Made by a program: the position numbers and the translations under genes. Under the pieces are notes generated by a model. That model made no database searches. It had not been told where the DNA came from and saw only the letters and a program-made list of their open reading frames with translations. A stretch of DNA of 61,954 nt, counting the filler. It is 7 parts of 7 records of this genome, joined end to end, with 100 filler letters (N's around TTAATTAATTAA, not from the genome) between each part and the next. Parts side by side here need not be neighbours in the genome. Positions count along the whole stretch, not along the records: positions 44,136 to 50,123 come from DRR723986_7976; positions 50,224 to 55,609 come from DRR723986_7977; positions 55,710 to 61,954 come from DRR723986_7989; 4 more parts are not named here. One strand, written 5' to 3'. Positions 48,338 to 58,513 of the stretch are shown here, piece after piece (position 1 is the stretch's first letter; the number at the start of each line of letters is the position of its first letter).

Positions 48338-49558
48338 ATGACCGACACAGCCCTTACCCCAGACGATAGCCGCGCCAAGCACAACGTATTCATCCTTGTG
48401 ATGGCGCAGGCCATTTTGGGGGCGCAAATGCCGATGATCTTTACCATCGGCGGATTGGCGGGCCAGTCTTTGGCCAGCAATCCCTGTTTCGCCACTTTGC
48501 CGATCTCGCTGATCGTGCTGGGATCGATGCTGGCGGCCACGCCGGTATCGGCCATTATGCAAAAATACGGGCGCCGCGCGGGGTTTTGGCTGGGTGCGGG
48601 CTGTGGGGCCATTGGCGGCGCAGTTGGCGCCTATGGGCTGTATCTGGCCTCGTTCCCGATCTTTTTATTGGGCAGTTTCATCACCGGTGTATACATGTCG
48701 GCGCAGGGCTTTTACCGCTTTGCAGCGGCTGATACCGCCTCGGATGCGTTCCGCCCCAAGGCCATTTCTTATGTGATGGCGGGGGGGCTGGCATCGGCCA
48801 TCATTGGGCCGCAGCTGGTGAAGGTTACAAGCCAGGCGATGGTGATCCCGTTTCTGGGCACCTATCTGGCGGTGATCGCGGTAAATGTGCTGGGCTCGGC
48901 GCTGTTTTTCTTCCTTGATATCCCGCGCCCAAAGCCCCCCGCCGCCACCGATGACCGTGGCCGCAGCCGCCGCAAATTGCTGGCAACACCCGTTATCGCC
49001 GTTTCGGTGATTTGCGCCATGGTGTCTTATGCGCTGATGAACCTTGTCATGACCTCAACACCGCTGGCGGTGGTGGGCTGCGGGTTTGAGCAAAATATCG
49101 CAGCCGATGTGGTGTCGGCCCATGTTTTGGCCATGTATGTGCCCAGCTTCTTTACCGGCCATTTGATCGCCCGGTTTGGCGTGCGCACTATTGTGGCGCT
49201 GGGGCTTGTTATTTTGGGTGCCGCCGGCGTTGTTGCGCTGCAAGGCGTGCAGCTGGAAAACTTCTTTATCGCGCTCATTTTGCTGGGGGTGGGCTGGAAT
49301 TTTGGCTTTATCGGCGCCACCACAATGCTGGCCGCCTCGCATGGCCCGCACGAGCGTGGGCGCATGCAAGGGATGAATGACCTGATCGTTTTTGGTGGTG
49401 TCACCGTGGCATCGCTGTCATCGGGCGGGTTGATGAACTGCTCGGGTGGTGATGCGATGGTGGGCTGGGCCAGCGTAAACCTGGCCATGGCCCCGTTTTT
49501 GATGCTGGCAGGGGGCGCGCTGATCTGGCTGGCACTGCGCCCGAAAGAAACGGCCTAG
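48338..49558 (+). CDS. MFS transporter
   Basis: About 12 TM segments; YRFAAAD, HVLAMYVPSFFTG, GWNFGFIGAT. Confidence 0.9.
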   Translation: MTDTALTPDDSRAKHNVFILVMAQAILGAQMPMIFTIGGLAGQSLASNPCFATLPISLIVLGSMLAATPVSAIMQKYGRRAGFWLGAGCGAIGGAVGAYGLYLASFPIFLLGSFITGVYMSAQGFYRFAAADTASDAFRPKAISYVMAGGLASAIIGPQLVKVTSQAMVIPFLGTYLAVIAVNVLGSALFFFLDIPRPKPPAATDDRGRSRRKLLATPVIAVSVICAMVSYALMNLVMTSTPLAVVGCGFEQNIAADVVSAHVLAMYVPSFFTGHLIARFGVRTIVALGLVILGAAGVVALQGVQLENFFIALILLGVGWNFGFIGATTMLAASHGPHERGRMQGMNDLIVFGGVTVASLSSGGLMNCSGGDAMVGWASVNLAMAPFLMLAGGALIWLALRPKETA

Positions 49559-49573
49559 CACCCGCGGGCGGGC

Positions 49574-50123
49574 CTATACCCGCCGCAGCGCCAAGACCGC
49601 GTTTAACCCGCCAAAGGCAAAGGCGTTTGACAGCGCCACATCCACCTTGGCCTCGCGCGCCTCGTTGGGCACGACATCAAGCGCGCATTCGGGATCGAAT
49701 TCTTCATAGCCGATGGTGGGGGCAATCACCCCATCGCGCAGCGCCATGATGCAGGCCAGCAGCTCGACCGCGCCGGTGGCGCCAATCAAATGCCCATGCA
49801 TCGATTTGGTGGAAGATATCATCAGATTATCGGCATGGGGGCCAAACACATCGGCCACGGCGGCGCATTCGGTTTTGTCATTTGCGGCGGTGCCGGTGCC
49901 ATGGGCATTGATATAGCCCACATCTTCGGTGTTAAGCCCTGCATCTTTCAGCGCCCCCGCAATCGCCCGCGCCGCCCCCTGTTTCGAGGGCATCACGATA
50001 TCAGAGGCATCAGATGACATCGCATAGCCCACAACCTCGGCCAGAATTTCGGCGCCGCGCTTTTTGGCATGCTCATAATCTTCAAACACGAAAATCCCCG
50101 CGCCCTCGCCCTGCACCATGCCG
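49574..50123 (-). CDS. Beta-ketoacyl-ACP synthase (FabF-like), 5'-truncated
   Basis: [30 protein letters not shown]. Confidence 0.9.
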
Positions 50124-50223
50124 NNNNNNNNNNNNNNNNNNNNNNNNNNNNNNNNNNNNNNNNNNNNTTAATTAATTAANNNNNNNNNNNNNNNNNNNNN
50201 NNNNNNNNNNNNNNNNNNNNNNN
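50124..50223. other. Artificial contig spacer
   Basis: N44-TTAATTAATTAA-N44. Confidence 0.99.
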
Positions 50224-50297
50224 ATTCCGGTGATATAAGTAAGGGCGATTGGTACCCGCTTTGCAGTGGGGATGTTTACGCCGGCAATACGTGCCAC
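50224..50297 (-). CDS. rpsM: 30S ribosomal protein S13, 3'-truncated
   Basis: GTG start, (M)[24 protein letters not shown]. Confidence 0.93.
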
Positions 50298-50450
50298 GTG
50301 TCACTTTCCTTTTGGTTGCGGTTCCGTAACACCGGAACCTTTTTTCACAACACCAGACCGGATGCGAACACCATTGGCCAAGTATCTCGAGGTAGTCTTG
50401 CGAGATGAGCGAATCTCATCCACGCGTTTGATTCCCCTAGGGGATGTGGG

Positions 50451-50479
50451 TGCGTAGAGAGTTTTGGAAATATCGTCAA
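50451..50479 (-). promoter_or_regulatory. sigma70 promoter of the rpsM (alpha) operon
   Basis: TTGACG-N17-TACGCA. Confidence 0.5.
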
Positions 50480-50570
50480 GCCCTGCCGGTACGGAACGCA
50501 GCGAAAAGGGCAAGTGTCTGGTTCGAAAGGTCGATCCAGACACCGTTTATCTATTCGTCAGACCAAAATG

Positions 50571-51146
50571 TCAGCCGAGAATCGCATCAATAGACGCGGT
50601 AACATCACCGATGTCGGCCAACCCATCAACAGGGCGTAGATCGCCCTTAGCGTGATAGTAGCCGATCAGAGGCGCGGTCTTTTTGTAGTATTCCATCAGA
50701 CGGATGCGCACGCTGTCTTCGTTGTCGTCTGCGCGGGCCTCTTTGCCTGCGGCAACGGCTTCGGCAGCGCGGTTAACGATCCGCTTGACCAGCGTTTCGT
50801 CATCGACCTGCAACTCAACAACGCGATCTAGGCTTTCGCCCTTTTCAGCCAGCAGCTCACCCAGAGCATCGGCCTGAGCCAGGGTGCGCGGGAAGCCGTC
50901 AAAGATGAACCCACCCTTGGCGCCCTGCTCCAGCTTTTCGCGGATCAGACCAATGACGATTTCGTCGGTGACGAGTTCGCCCTTGTCCATGACTTCGGCG
51001 ACGCGCTTCCCCATTTCGGTGCCGCTGCTTTTGGCTTCTCGCAGCATATCACCCGTGCTCAGCTGAACCATGCCACGCGCATCAACCAGATGCTGCGCCT
51101 GAGTGCCTTTGCCCGCGCCTGGCGGGCCCAATAGAATGATATTCAT
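50571..51146 (-). CDS. adk: Adenylate kinase (short-LID type)
   Basis: [29 protein letters not shown]. Confidence 0.96.
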   Translation of the reverse strand: MNIILLGPPGAGKGTQAQHLVDARGMVQLSTGDMLREAKSSGTEMGKRVAEVMDKGELVTDEIVIGLIREKLEQGAKGGFIFDGFPRTLAQADALGELLAEKGESLDRVVELQVDDETLVKRIVNRAAEAVAAGKEARADDNEDSVRIRLMEYYKKTAPLIGYYHAKGDLRPVDGLADIGDVTASIDAILG

Positions 51147-52507
51147 CGACGAGCAGGTCCCTTCCTGGCGCGTTTCTTGTTTTTACCGCGCAGTTGGGAC
51201 TTTTCAATCAGCCCTTCGTATTGGTGCGCCAACAGGTGGCTCTGAACTTGTTGGATGGTATCCATGGTTACAGAGACTATAATCAGAACGGAGGTACCGC
51301 CGAAATAGAACGGGATTGCAAACTGACCGCGCAGAATTTCGGGCAACAAACAAACTGCTGCAAGGTAGGCCGCGCCCATCACCAGGATCCGGTTCACAAC
51401 ATACTCAAGGTACTCAGCGGTTTTCTTACCCGGGCGGATACCCGGGACAAAGCCATTCTGGTTCTTGAGGTTGTCCGCGACATCATCCGGCTTAAACGCA
51501 ACGTTGAAGGTATAGAAATACGCAAAGAAGACGATCATCGAGACGAAGAACAACAGATAGAGCGGCTGACCCGGTCCAAAGTTGGCCAGCAACCAAGACA
51601 TGACCGGACCGTTTGCAGCACCTGCTGAGAAGGTCGAGATCGTCACAGGCAACAGGAGCAACGAGCTGGCAAAGATCGCAGGGATAACACCGGCTGGGTT
51701 AACCTTGACAGGCAAGTGGCTAGAACCACCATCATAGACCTTCATGCCGACCTGACGGCGCGGGTATTGGATGTGGATCTTGCGCAATGCGCGCTCCATG
51801 AACACAACAAAGGTGATTGTCACCAGAACCATCGCAATGACCAACAGGATCACTGCGGGGCTGATCGCGCCCGAACGGCCCGAAGCTAGGAACTGCGCCA
51901 ATGCGGCGGGAACTTCGGCGATGATACCGACGAAAATGATCAGAGAGATACCGTTACCAATGCCGCGTGCGGTGATCTGCTCACCTAGCCACATCAGGAA
52001 CATGGTCCCACCAACCAACGTGATCATGGTCGAGAAGCGAAAGTAGAGACCGGCATCTGTTGCCAGATCACCTGATTCGAGCGAAACAGCCAACCCGTAA
52101 GCCTGTACTGTGGCCAGTGCCACGGTACCGAAGCGGGTGTACTGGTTGATCTTCTTACGACCCTGTTCGCCTTCTTTCTTGAGCTGCTCAAGTTGCGGCA
52201 CCATGGCCGTCATCAGCTGAACAATGATCGACGCCGAGATATAGGGCATAATGCCAAGGGCAAAGATACCCATGCGGCCCAATGCGCCCCCGGTAAACAT
52301 CGAAACCATACCCCCGATGCCCTGCCCCGCTTGCTCCATGAACTCGCGCAGCGCAACACCGTCGATACCTGGCACGGGAATAAAGGTCCCCAAGCGGTAG
52401 ACGATCAACAACCCGAGAGTAAACAGGATGCGGTTGCGCAGATCGGTGGCTTTGCCAAGGGCTGACCAGCTTGTATTGGCCGCCATTTGTTCTGCTGCTG
52501 ATACCAT
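51143..52507 (-). CDS. secY: Preprotein translocase SecY
   Basis: [45 protein letters not shown]. Confidence 0.97.
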   Translation of the reverse strand: MVSAAEQMAANTSWSALGKATDLRNRILFTLGLLIVYRLGTFIPVPGIDGVALREFMEQAGQGIGGMVSMFTGGALGRMGIFALGIMPYISASIIVQLMTAMVPQLEQLKKEGEQGRKKINQYTRFGTVALATVQAYGLAVSLESGDLATDAGLYFRFSTMITLVGGTMFLMWLGEQITARGIGNGISLIIFVGIIAEVPAALAQFLASGRSGAISPAVILLVIAMVLVTITFVVFMERALRKIHIQYPRRQVGMKVYDGGSSHLPVKVNPAGVIPAIFASSLLLLPVTISTFSAGAANGPVMSWLLANFGPGQPLYLLFFVSMIVFFAYFYTFNVAFKPDDVADNLKNQNGFVPGIRPGKKTAEYLEYVVNRILVMGAAYLAAVCLLPEILRGQFAIPFYFGGTSVLIIVSVTMDTIQQVQSHLLAHQYEGLIEKSQLRGKNKKRARKGPARR

Positions 52508-52616
52508 TATCGGTCTCTCTTATGAAAACGCCGCCCAGAACCGTTTTCCGGCTCGGGCGGCGTCAAATTGGAAAACTGAGAACTATGTAAGCGGCATCGT
52601 CGCCGCTCACAAGCAG

Positions 52617-53090
52617 TTACTCTGCTGCTGCAGCAGATGTGACCTTCAGTGAGCCGCCCGCCTTCTCAACTGCTTCGACAGCAGCTTTCGAGGCACCAGT
52701 GACTTCGAGGTTCAACTTTGCAGTAACTTCGCCTTTGGCCAGAACGCGGATACCGTCCAGCTTACGACGGATCAGGCCGGATGCGATCATTGCATCTTCG
52801 GTGATCGCTGCAGTTGCGTCGATTTTGCCTGCGTCAACGAATTTCTGGATCAGGCCCAGGTTAACAACAGAGTATTCTTTGCGGTTTGGCTTGTTGAAGC
52901 CACGCTTTGGCAGACGTTGGTACAAAGGCATCTGACCGCCTTCGTAGCCGTTGATAGCCACACCCGAACGGGATTTCTGACCTTTGATACCACGGCCAGC
53001 TGTTTTACCTTTGCCGGAACCAGGACCACGTGCAACGCGTTTACGAGGTTTGGTTGCGCCGGCATTGTCGCGCAGTTCATGAAGTTTCAT
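52617..53090 (-). CDS. rplO: 50S ribosomal protein L15
   Basis: [30 protein letters not shown]. Confidence 0.97.
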   Translation of the reverse strand: MKLHELRDNAGATKPRKRVARGPGSGKGKTAGRGIKGQKSRSGVAINGYEGGQMPLYQRLPKRGFNKPNRKEYSVVNLGLIQKFVDAGKIDATAAITEDAMIASGLIRRKLDGIRVLAKGEVTAKLNLEVTGASKAAVEAVEKAGGSLKVTSAAAAE

Positions 53091-53185
53091 ATCGCTTCTC
53101 CTAAGCCGGATGTGACCCTCGAAGCGAATGGGTCAACCACGGCATTTCTTAATTTTGATTCTATGACTCGTACAGCCACCGGGCG

Positions 53186-53214
53186 CGTATAGACCTTCCA
53201 CTTGTTGGGATCAA
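53186..53214 (-). promoter_or_regulatory. Dedicated sigma70 promoter for rplO
   Basis: TTGATC-N17-TATACG. Confidence 0.65.
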
Positions 53215-53330
53215 GTCAGATCCCCACTGCTGGGTCTTTGCCGTCGCCGTCACAGAAAGGCTAACCACAATTTTACCAACGCGCCCCTGTTTCTGCTATT
53301 CTGGGTCTCATCCCAACAGGCCACACATGC

Positions 53331-54470
53331 ATGACTTGGAAAGACACAGACATTTTGGATTGGCTCCTGACTGATGGGCGCTTCCTTCCTGATCTTGATG
53401 CCGCCACCAAGGCGTTGGGAAAGGAGATGTTGAATGTCGGCGCGCCAATCTGGAGATTTCGGTTGGCCATCCGAACCGTTCACCCCCTTGTTGCGGCTTC
53501 CAGCGCGATCTGGGAACGTGACAGCGGATCCATTGAACCTCAAGAAGCCTCGCACGGGTTGGAAAAGCGCACTGATTATATCGGCAGCCCCATGGCCGTC
53601 ATTCGGGAAACCAGTCAACCGCTGCGGCAGAGCTTGATCGCGCTCAGCCCAACGGACCACGACGCGTTTCACGAACTGCATGCCCGGGGGGCATCCGACT
53701 ATTATGGGGTGCCGCTGCGTTTCTCAGGGAAAGGTGGTGGTATTGCAGTCTTTGTAACGGATCGCGCCAGCGGTTTTTCTGAAACAGACATCGCTGCCTT
53801 CAACAGAATAGCGCTGGGTTTGACGCCCATTGTGGAGGTCTATCGCCTGAACTACCTCTCCAGCGCGATTGCCGAGGCCTATTTAGGACAACGCAGCGGA
53901 CAACGCGTTTTGGGTGGCGAAATCACGCGCGGACATGTTGAGCAATTGGATGCGGCTGTATTTTTTTCGGATCTACGAAATTGGACCGGGTTGAGCAGCG
54001 CTCTCCCCGCCGCAGAGGCGCTAAGCTTAGCCAATCGATACTTTGAACTCATAGATCAGGCAGTCACAGCACACGGTGGCGAGATTCTCAAATTCATGGG
54101 CGATGGTGTTCTCGCGATCTTTTCAGAGTCTGAACTCGGAGAGAGAACCTGTATAAATGCTTTGGCTGCGGCTCATGCTGCGCATGAAATGGCACGCAAC
54201 GCGGATCAACCCTTAGCGACAGACTTTGGCGTGGGCCTGCATCACGGGCGCGTATCCTATGGCAATGTCGGTTCAGAGCGGCGTCTCGATTTCACAGTCA
54301 TGGGACAAGCCGTTAACGTCGCGGCCCGAGTCGAAGCGTTGTGCCCCAGATTTTCTCAGCCCGTTCTCTGCTCCAAAGCGTTTGCAGATCGTTTGCCCAA
54401 TTCGAACGACGTATTAGAGACCGTGACACTAAAGGGTTTGTCCGCACCTCAGGAAATCTTTGCGCCCTGA
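53331..54470 (+). CDS. Class III adenylate/guanylate cyclase with GAF-like N-terminal region
   Basis: FFSDLRNWT, ILKFMGDGVLAIF, GLHHG, LDFTVMGQAVNVAARVE. Confidence 0.9.
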   Translation: MTWKDTDILDWLLTDGRFLPDLDAATKALGKEMLNVGAPIWRFRLAIRTVHPLVAASSAIWERDSGSIEPQEASHGLEKRTDYIGSPMAVIRETSQPLRQSLIALSPTDHDAFHELHARGASDYYGVPLRFSGKGGGIAVFVTDRASGFSETDIAAFNRIALGLTPIVEVYRLNYLSSAIAEAYLGQRSGQRVLGGEITRGHVEQLDAAVFFSDLRNWTGLSSALPAAEALSLANRYFELIDQAVTAHGGEILKFMGDGVLAIFSESELGERTCINALAAAHAAHEMARNADQPLATDFGVGLHHGRVSYGNVGSERRLDFTVMGQAVNVAARVEALCPRFSQPVLCSKAFADRLPNSNDVLETVTLKGLSAPQEIFAP

Positions 54471-54478
54471 ACGCTAAA

Positions 54479-54499
54479 AGCCCCCAGAAACTGGGGGCT
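54479..54499. terminator. Hairpin between convergent cyclase and DUF1127 genes
   Basis: AGCCCCCAG-aaa-CTGGGGGCT with an A-tract on the left. Confidence 0.7.
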
Positions 54500-54521
54500 C
54501 ACTAACATCCATTGTCTAGGT

Positions 54522-54737
54522 TCACATACCGTAAACGTGACGATGAACCATCGACTGAATCTCATACCGGCTGAAACCCAAATCGTGCAATTCACGATCA
54601 CTCATCGACGACAGTTCGGAAACTGTTTGACGGTAAGCGATACGCTTTACGCGGGATTCTTTGAAGCCTTGGAAAAACGCGCTCAGACGTGCTGAAAATG
54701 AGAGGCCTGAGGATGCGGGTGCTTGAGCGATTGCCAT
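54522..54737 (-). CDS. DUF1127 small protein
   Basis: YRQTVSELSSMSDRELHDLGFSRYEI. Confidence 0.9.
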   Translation of the reverse strand: MAIAQAPASSGLSFSARLSAFFQGFKESRVKRIAYRQTVSELSSMSDRELHDLGFSRYEIQSMVHRHVYGM

Positions 54738-54876
54738 GTTGTATTCCTTATCTACTGCTGGGACGTATTCCCAGTGTTACGTTGTCCATGTTTTCTGTGA
54801 CCAACCGCAGATAGGGTCAGGACAGCGCGTCAGCAACCGACGTTCTGGTCTAGCCGCTATGCACTCGCAGCAAAGC

Positions 54877-54909
54877 AAAAAAACGCCCCCGGTTTCCCGA
54901 GGGCGTTTT
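54877..54909 (-). terminator. Intrinsic terminator after rpmD
   Basis: AAAACGCCC...GGGCGTTTT stem with a U-tract on the minus strand. Confidence 0.8.
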
Positions 54910-54937
54910 CTAATCTTGTAGGGGTTTGACCCAGCGC

Positions 54938-55126
54938 TTAGCCGCGCTCTTCGATGATCTCAACCAGATGCGGGATCTTGTTGACCATGCCACGAACCGA
55001 AGGAGTATCTTCCAGCTCACGGGTTTTGTGCATCTTGTTCAGACCCAGACCAACCAGAGTAGCACGCTGGTCGGCGGGGCGACGGATCGGAGAACCGATC
55101 TGTTTTACGACGATGGTTTTTGCCAT
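54938..55126 (-). CDS. rpmD: 50S ribosomal protein L30
   Basis: [10 protein letters not shown]...LVGLGLNK...DTPSVRGMV. Confidence 0.96.
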   Translation of the reverse strand: MAKTIVVKQIGSPIRRPADQRATLVGLGLNKMHKTRELEDTPSVRGMVNKIPHLVEIIEERG

Positions 55127-55138
55127 GTGATCGATTCC

Positions 55139-55609
55139 TTACGCTTCTGCTTGGGCAGGCGCTTCGTCCCGCTTAGGCAGGATGTCAGCAACCTTTTTGC
55201 CACGACGCTGTGCAACGGAGCGAGGGCTGGATTCCTTGCGGAGGCCATCGATTGTTGCGCGGATCATGTTGTAAGGGTTCTGCGAACCGATCGACTTGGA
55301 GACAACGTCTTTCACGCCCAGCATTTCGAATACGGCACGCATCGGACCACCGGCAATAATACCAGTACCTTCCGGTGCGCTGCGCATTACGACTTTACCG
55401 GCGCCGTGACGGCCTTCCATGTCGTGGTGCAGGGTCCGACCTTCGCGCAATTGCACGCGGATCATCTGACGCTTGGCCTGCTCGGTGGCTTTACGAATGG
55501 CCTCAGGGACCTCTTTCGCTTTACCTTTACCAAAGCCGACGCGGCCTTTTTGATCGCCTACAACAACCAGAGCGGCGAAGCCAAAGCGCTTACCACCTTT
55601 TACGGTTTT
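55139..55609 (-). CDS. rpsE: 30S ribosomal protein S5, 5'-truncated
   Basis: [19 protein letters not shown]...[13 protein letters not shown]. Confidence 0.96.
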   Translation of the reverse strand, partial: KTVKGGKRFGFAALVVVGDQKGRVGFGKGKAKEVPEAIRKATEQAKRQMIRVQLREGRTLHHDMEGRHGAGKVVMRSAPEGTGIIAGGPMRAVFEMLGVKDVVSKSIGSQNPYNMIRATIDGLRKESSPRSVAQRRGKKVADILPKRDEAPAQAEA

Positions 55610-55709
55610 NNNNNNNNNNNNNNNNNNNNNNNNNNNNNNNNNNNNNNNNNNNNTTAATTAATTAANNNNNNNNNNNNNNNNNNNNNNNNNNNNNNNNNNN
55701 NNNNNNNNN
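55610..55709. other. Artificial contig spacer
   Basis: N44-TTAATTAATTAA-N44. Confidence 0.99.
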
Positions 55710-56762
55710 GACCGCATGCTGGATATGGGCTTTATCCCCGATATCGAGCGCATTTTTAACCTTACGCCCTTTACCCGCCAGACGCTGTTTTTCTCGGCCA
55801 CCATGGCGCCCGAGATTGAACGCATCACCAACACATTCCTGTCGGCGCCAGAACGCATCGAAGTGGCGCGCCAGGCCACCACATCGGAAAACATCACCCA
55901 AGGCGTGGTAATGTTCAAACCCAGCCGCCGCGACCGCGAAGCCAGCGAAAAGCGCGCCCTGCTGCGCGCGCTGATCGAAAGCGAGGGCGAGGCCTGCAAA
56001 AACGCCATCATCTTTTGCAATCGCAAAACCGATGTCGATATTTGTGCAAAATCGCTGAAGAAATATGGCTATGATGCCGCCCCCATCCATGGCGATCTTG
56101 ATCAAAGCCAGCGGATGAAAACGCTCGATCAGTTCCGCGATGGCAGCTTGCGGTTCCTGTGCGCCTCGGATGTGGCGGCACGTGGGCTTGATATTCCTAA
56201 TGTCAGCCATGTGTTTAATTTCGACGTGCCCAGCCATGCCGAAGATTACGTGCATCGCATTGGCCGCACCGGGCGGGCCGGGCGCAAGGGCACGGCCTTT
56301 ATGATCAGCGCGCCGCGCGACGAAAAGAACTTTGCCGCGATCGAGGCCTTGGTTCAGGCAGAAATTCCGCGCATCGAACTGCCCGGGGCCCAGCCTGCCA
56401 CCGATGCACCCGACACAGGCGAAACCGCCGCAGAACCCACCCGCGATGGCCGCAAATCGCGCAGCCGCGGTGGCCGTGGCCGGGGCCGCGACGAGGCCGC
56501 CAAGCCCGATGCAGCCCCCCAACAGGCCCAGGCCCAGGACGAAACCCAAACCCAGGCACAAACCCAGGCCCAAACCCAGGCAAAGCCCCCCCGCACCGCC
56601 GAGCGTGGCACCGCCGATAAAAACACCCGTGGCCGCGACCGCAATGATCGCGGTGGCGAGCGTGGCGATCGTGGCCGCCGTGATGATCACAAAGTGGTGG
56701 GTATGGGCGATCATCTGCCGGGCTTCATTGCGCTTAGCTTTGACCAGCGCCGCGCAGGCTAA
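55710..56762 (+). CDS. DEAD-box RNA helicase, 5'-truncated
   Basis: DRMLDMGF, FSAT, IHGD, SDVAARGLD, YVHRIGRTGRAG; R/G-rich tail. Confidence 0.95.
   Translation, partial: DRMLDMGFIPDIERIFNLTPFTRQTLFFSATMAPEIERITNTFLSAPERIEVARQATTSENITQGVVMFKPSRRDREASEKRALLRALIESEGEACKNAIIFCNRKTDVDICAKSLKKYGYDAAPIHGDLDQSQRMKTLDQFRDGSLRFLCASDVAARGLDIPNVSHVFNFDVPSHAEDYVHRIGRTGRAGRKGTAFMISAPRDEKNFAAIEALVQAEIPRIELPGAQPATDAPDTGETAAEPTRDGRKSRSRGGRGRGRDEAAKPDAAPQQAQAQDETQTQAQTQAQTQAKPPRTAERGTADKNTRGRDRNDRGGERGDRGRRDDHKVVGMGDHLPGFIALSFDQRRAG
56547..56582 (+). repeat. 12-bp tandem repeat (3 copies) in the helicase tail
   Basis: CAAACCCAGGC(A/C) x3 (QTQA). Confidence 0.85.
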
Positions 56763-56791
56763 GCCACACAGCGCCCCAGATCAGACCAAAC

Positions 56792-56818
56792 AAAAGCCCC
56801 GCAAAAGCGGGGCTTTTT
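56792..56818. terminator. Bidirectional intrinsic terminator
   Basis: AAAAGCCCCGC-aaaa-GCGGGGCTTTT. Confidence 0.85.
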
Positions 56819-56842
56819 GAGTTTTGCCAATCGAAAAACCGC

Positions 56843-58513
56843 TTAAGACAAACGGCTGATCACAACCGTGACCTCGGGCTTTTTGCCGATCTCATCTTGG
56901 GTCGATTGGCGGGTGATCTTTTTCAACCCATCTTCCAATTTATCGTCATCTGCCAAAATCTTGGCCCCAGCCCGGCGCATGTATTGATCAAGATCTTCCT
57001 CGAGCACATCCACCAATGGCGCCTTTGATCGCCCGGTTTCTGCCAGCCCGCGAATTTCGCACCACGGCTCGCCCAGGGGCTCGTTGTCTTCGTCCAAGAT
57101 CACCGACACCATGATATGCCCGTTCAGCGCCATGCGGATACGGTCGCGCACGATGCCGTCCAGCGCGCCCACCTGCACCGAACCATCCAAGTATGTGCGC
57201 CCGGTTTCCACATAGCCCGCCACGCTGGGCGCATTGCCAGACAGGTTCACAATCATCCCGTTCACCGCCAAAATCGATTGGCAGCCATTCTCGGCCGCCA
57301 GCCGGGTATGGGCGCGCAAATGGCGGTGTTCGCCATGCATGGGGACCACGGTTTGCGGCTTCATCAGCTTGTGCATTTGGTCCAGATCGGGGCGGTTGGC
57401 GTGGCCCGAAACATGGTAGCGCCCGCTGTGATCATCTACCACATCCACGCCCATTTCCGACAATTGGTTCATAATGCGGATCACACCGCGTTCATTGCCG
57501 GGGATGGTTTTCGAGGAAAAGAGGAACAAATCGCCCTCTTTCAGACTGACACCCTGATATTTGCCATTGGCCAGCTGCGCACTGGCGGCGCGGCGTTCGC
57601 CCTGGCTGCCAGTGACCAGCAGCATCACGTTTTCCCGGGGCAAATGGCCCACATCTTCGGGTGAGATCACGCTTGGGAAATCTTTCAGCACGCCAGTGGC
57701 CACCGCCGCCTCGATCATGCGGCGCATCGCCCGCCCCATCAGGCAGACCGAGCGGCCAGCGCGCAGGCCCGCCTCGGCCAGTGTTTTCAGCCGCGCCACA
57801 TTGCTGGCAAATGTTGTGGCCACGACCATGCCGCGCGCATCGGCAATCAGGGTTTCAATATCGGCGCCGATACTTGATTCCGATCGCCCCGGCTCGGGCG
57901 AGAATACATTGGTCGAATCGCACACCAGCGCCTTGACGCCGCTTGCCGCCACCGCGCCCCACAGCTCGGGGTCCCATGCCTCGCCCACGATGGGGGCTTG
58001 GTCAAGTTTGAAATCCCCCGTATGCACGACACGCCCATCCGGGCTGTCGATCACCAGGCCGCTGGATTCGGGAATCGAATGGCTGATGGGCAAAAACCCC
58101 ACCGTAAACGGCCCCGCCTGCACGGTTTCAGGCCATGCCGAGACGGTTTTCACCACTTTATCGGAAAACCCGTATTCGCCCAGCTTTTGGCGCGCCAAAT
58201 GCGCGGTAAAGGCGCGGGCATAGACCGTGGGCGCGCCCAGACGTTCGAACAAATGGCCCACGGCGCCCAAATGGTCTTCGTGGGCATGGGTGATAAACAC
58301 CGCCTCGATCTGCGCCTTGCGCGCCTCAAGCCATGCAACATCGGGCAGGATCAAATCCACACCCGGTGTGCCGTCCATATCGGGAAACGTCACCCCCAGA
58401 TCCACCACGATCAGGCGTTCCTGATCTTGGGGGCCATAGCCGTAGACGTAACAATTCATCCCGATTTCACCGGCACCGCCGAGGGGAAGATAGATCAAGC
58501 GCGCGCTGCTCAT
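56843..58513 (-). CDS. rnj: Ribonuclease J
   Basis: LGGAGEIGMN, THAHEDHLG, HTGDFK, TGSQGE, HVSGHA, PMHGE. Confidence 0.95.
   Translation of the reverse strand: MSSARLIYLPLGGAGEIGMNCYVYGYGPQDQERLIVVDLGVTFPDMDGTPGVDLILPDVAWLEARKAQIEAVFITHAHEDHLGAVGHLFERLGAPTVYARAFTAHLARQKLGEYGFSDKVVKTVSAWPETVQAGPFTVGFLPISHSIPESSGLVIDSPDGRVVHTGDFKLDQAPIVGEAWDPELWGAVAASGVKALVCDSTNVFSPEPGRSESSIGADIETLIADARGMVVATTFASNVARLKTLAEAGLRAGRSVCLMGRAMRRMIEAAVATGVLKDFPSVISPEDVGHLPRENVMLLVTGSQGERRAASAQLANGKYQGVSLKEGDLFLFSSKTIPGNERGVIRIMNQLSEMGVDVVDDHSGRYHVSGHANRPDLDQMHKLMKPQTVVPMHGEHRHLRAHTRLAAENGCQSILAVNGMIVNLSGNAPSVAGYVETGRTYLDGSVQVGALDGIVRDRIRMALNGHIMVSVILDEDNEPLGEPWCEIRGLAETGRSKAPLVDVLEEDLDQYMRRAGAKILADDDKLEDGLKKITRQSTQDEIGKKPEVTVVISRLS

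Noticed and set aside
50301-50543. 80-aa ORF between adk and rpsM
   Set aside because: Spans the rpsM promoter and leader; likely spurious.
50571-51146. Adenylate kinase lacking the long LID domain as a truncation
   Set aside because: Short-LID adenylate kinases are a known natural class, and all catalytic motifs are present.
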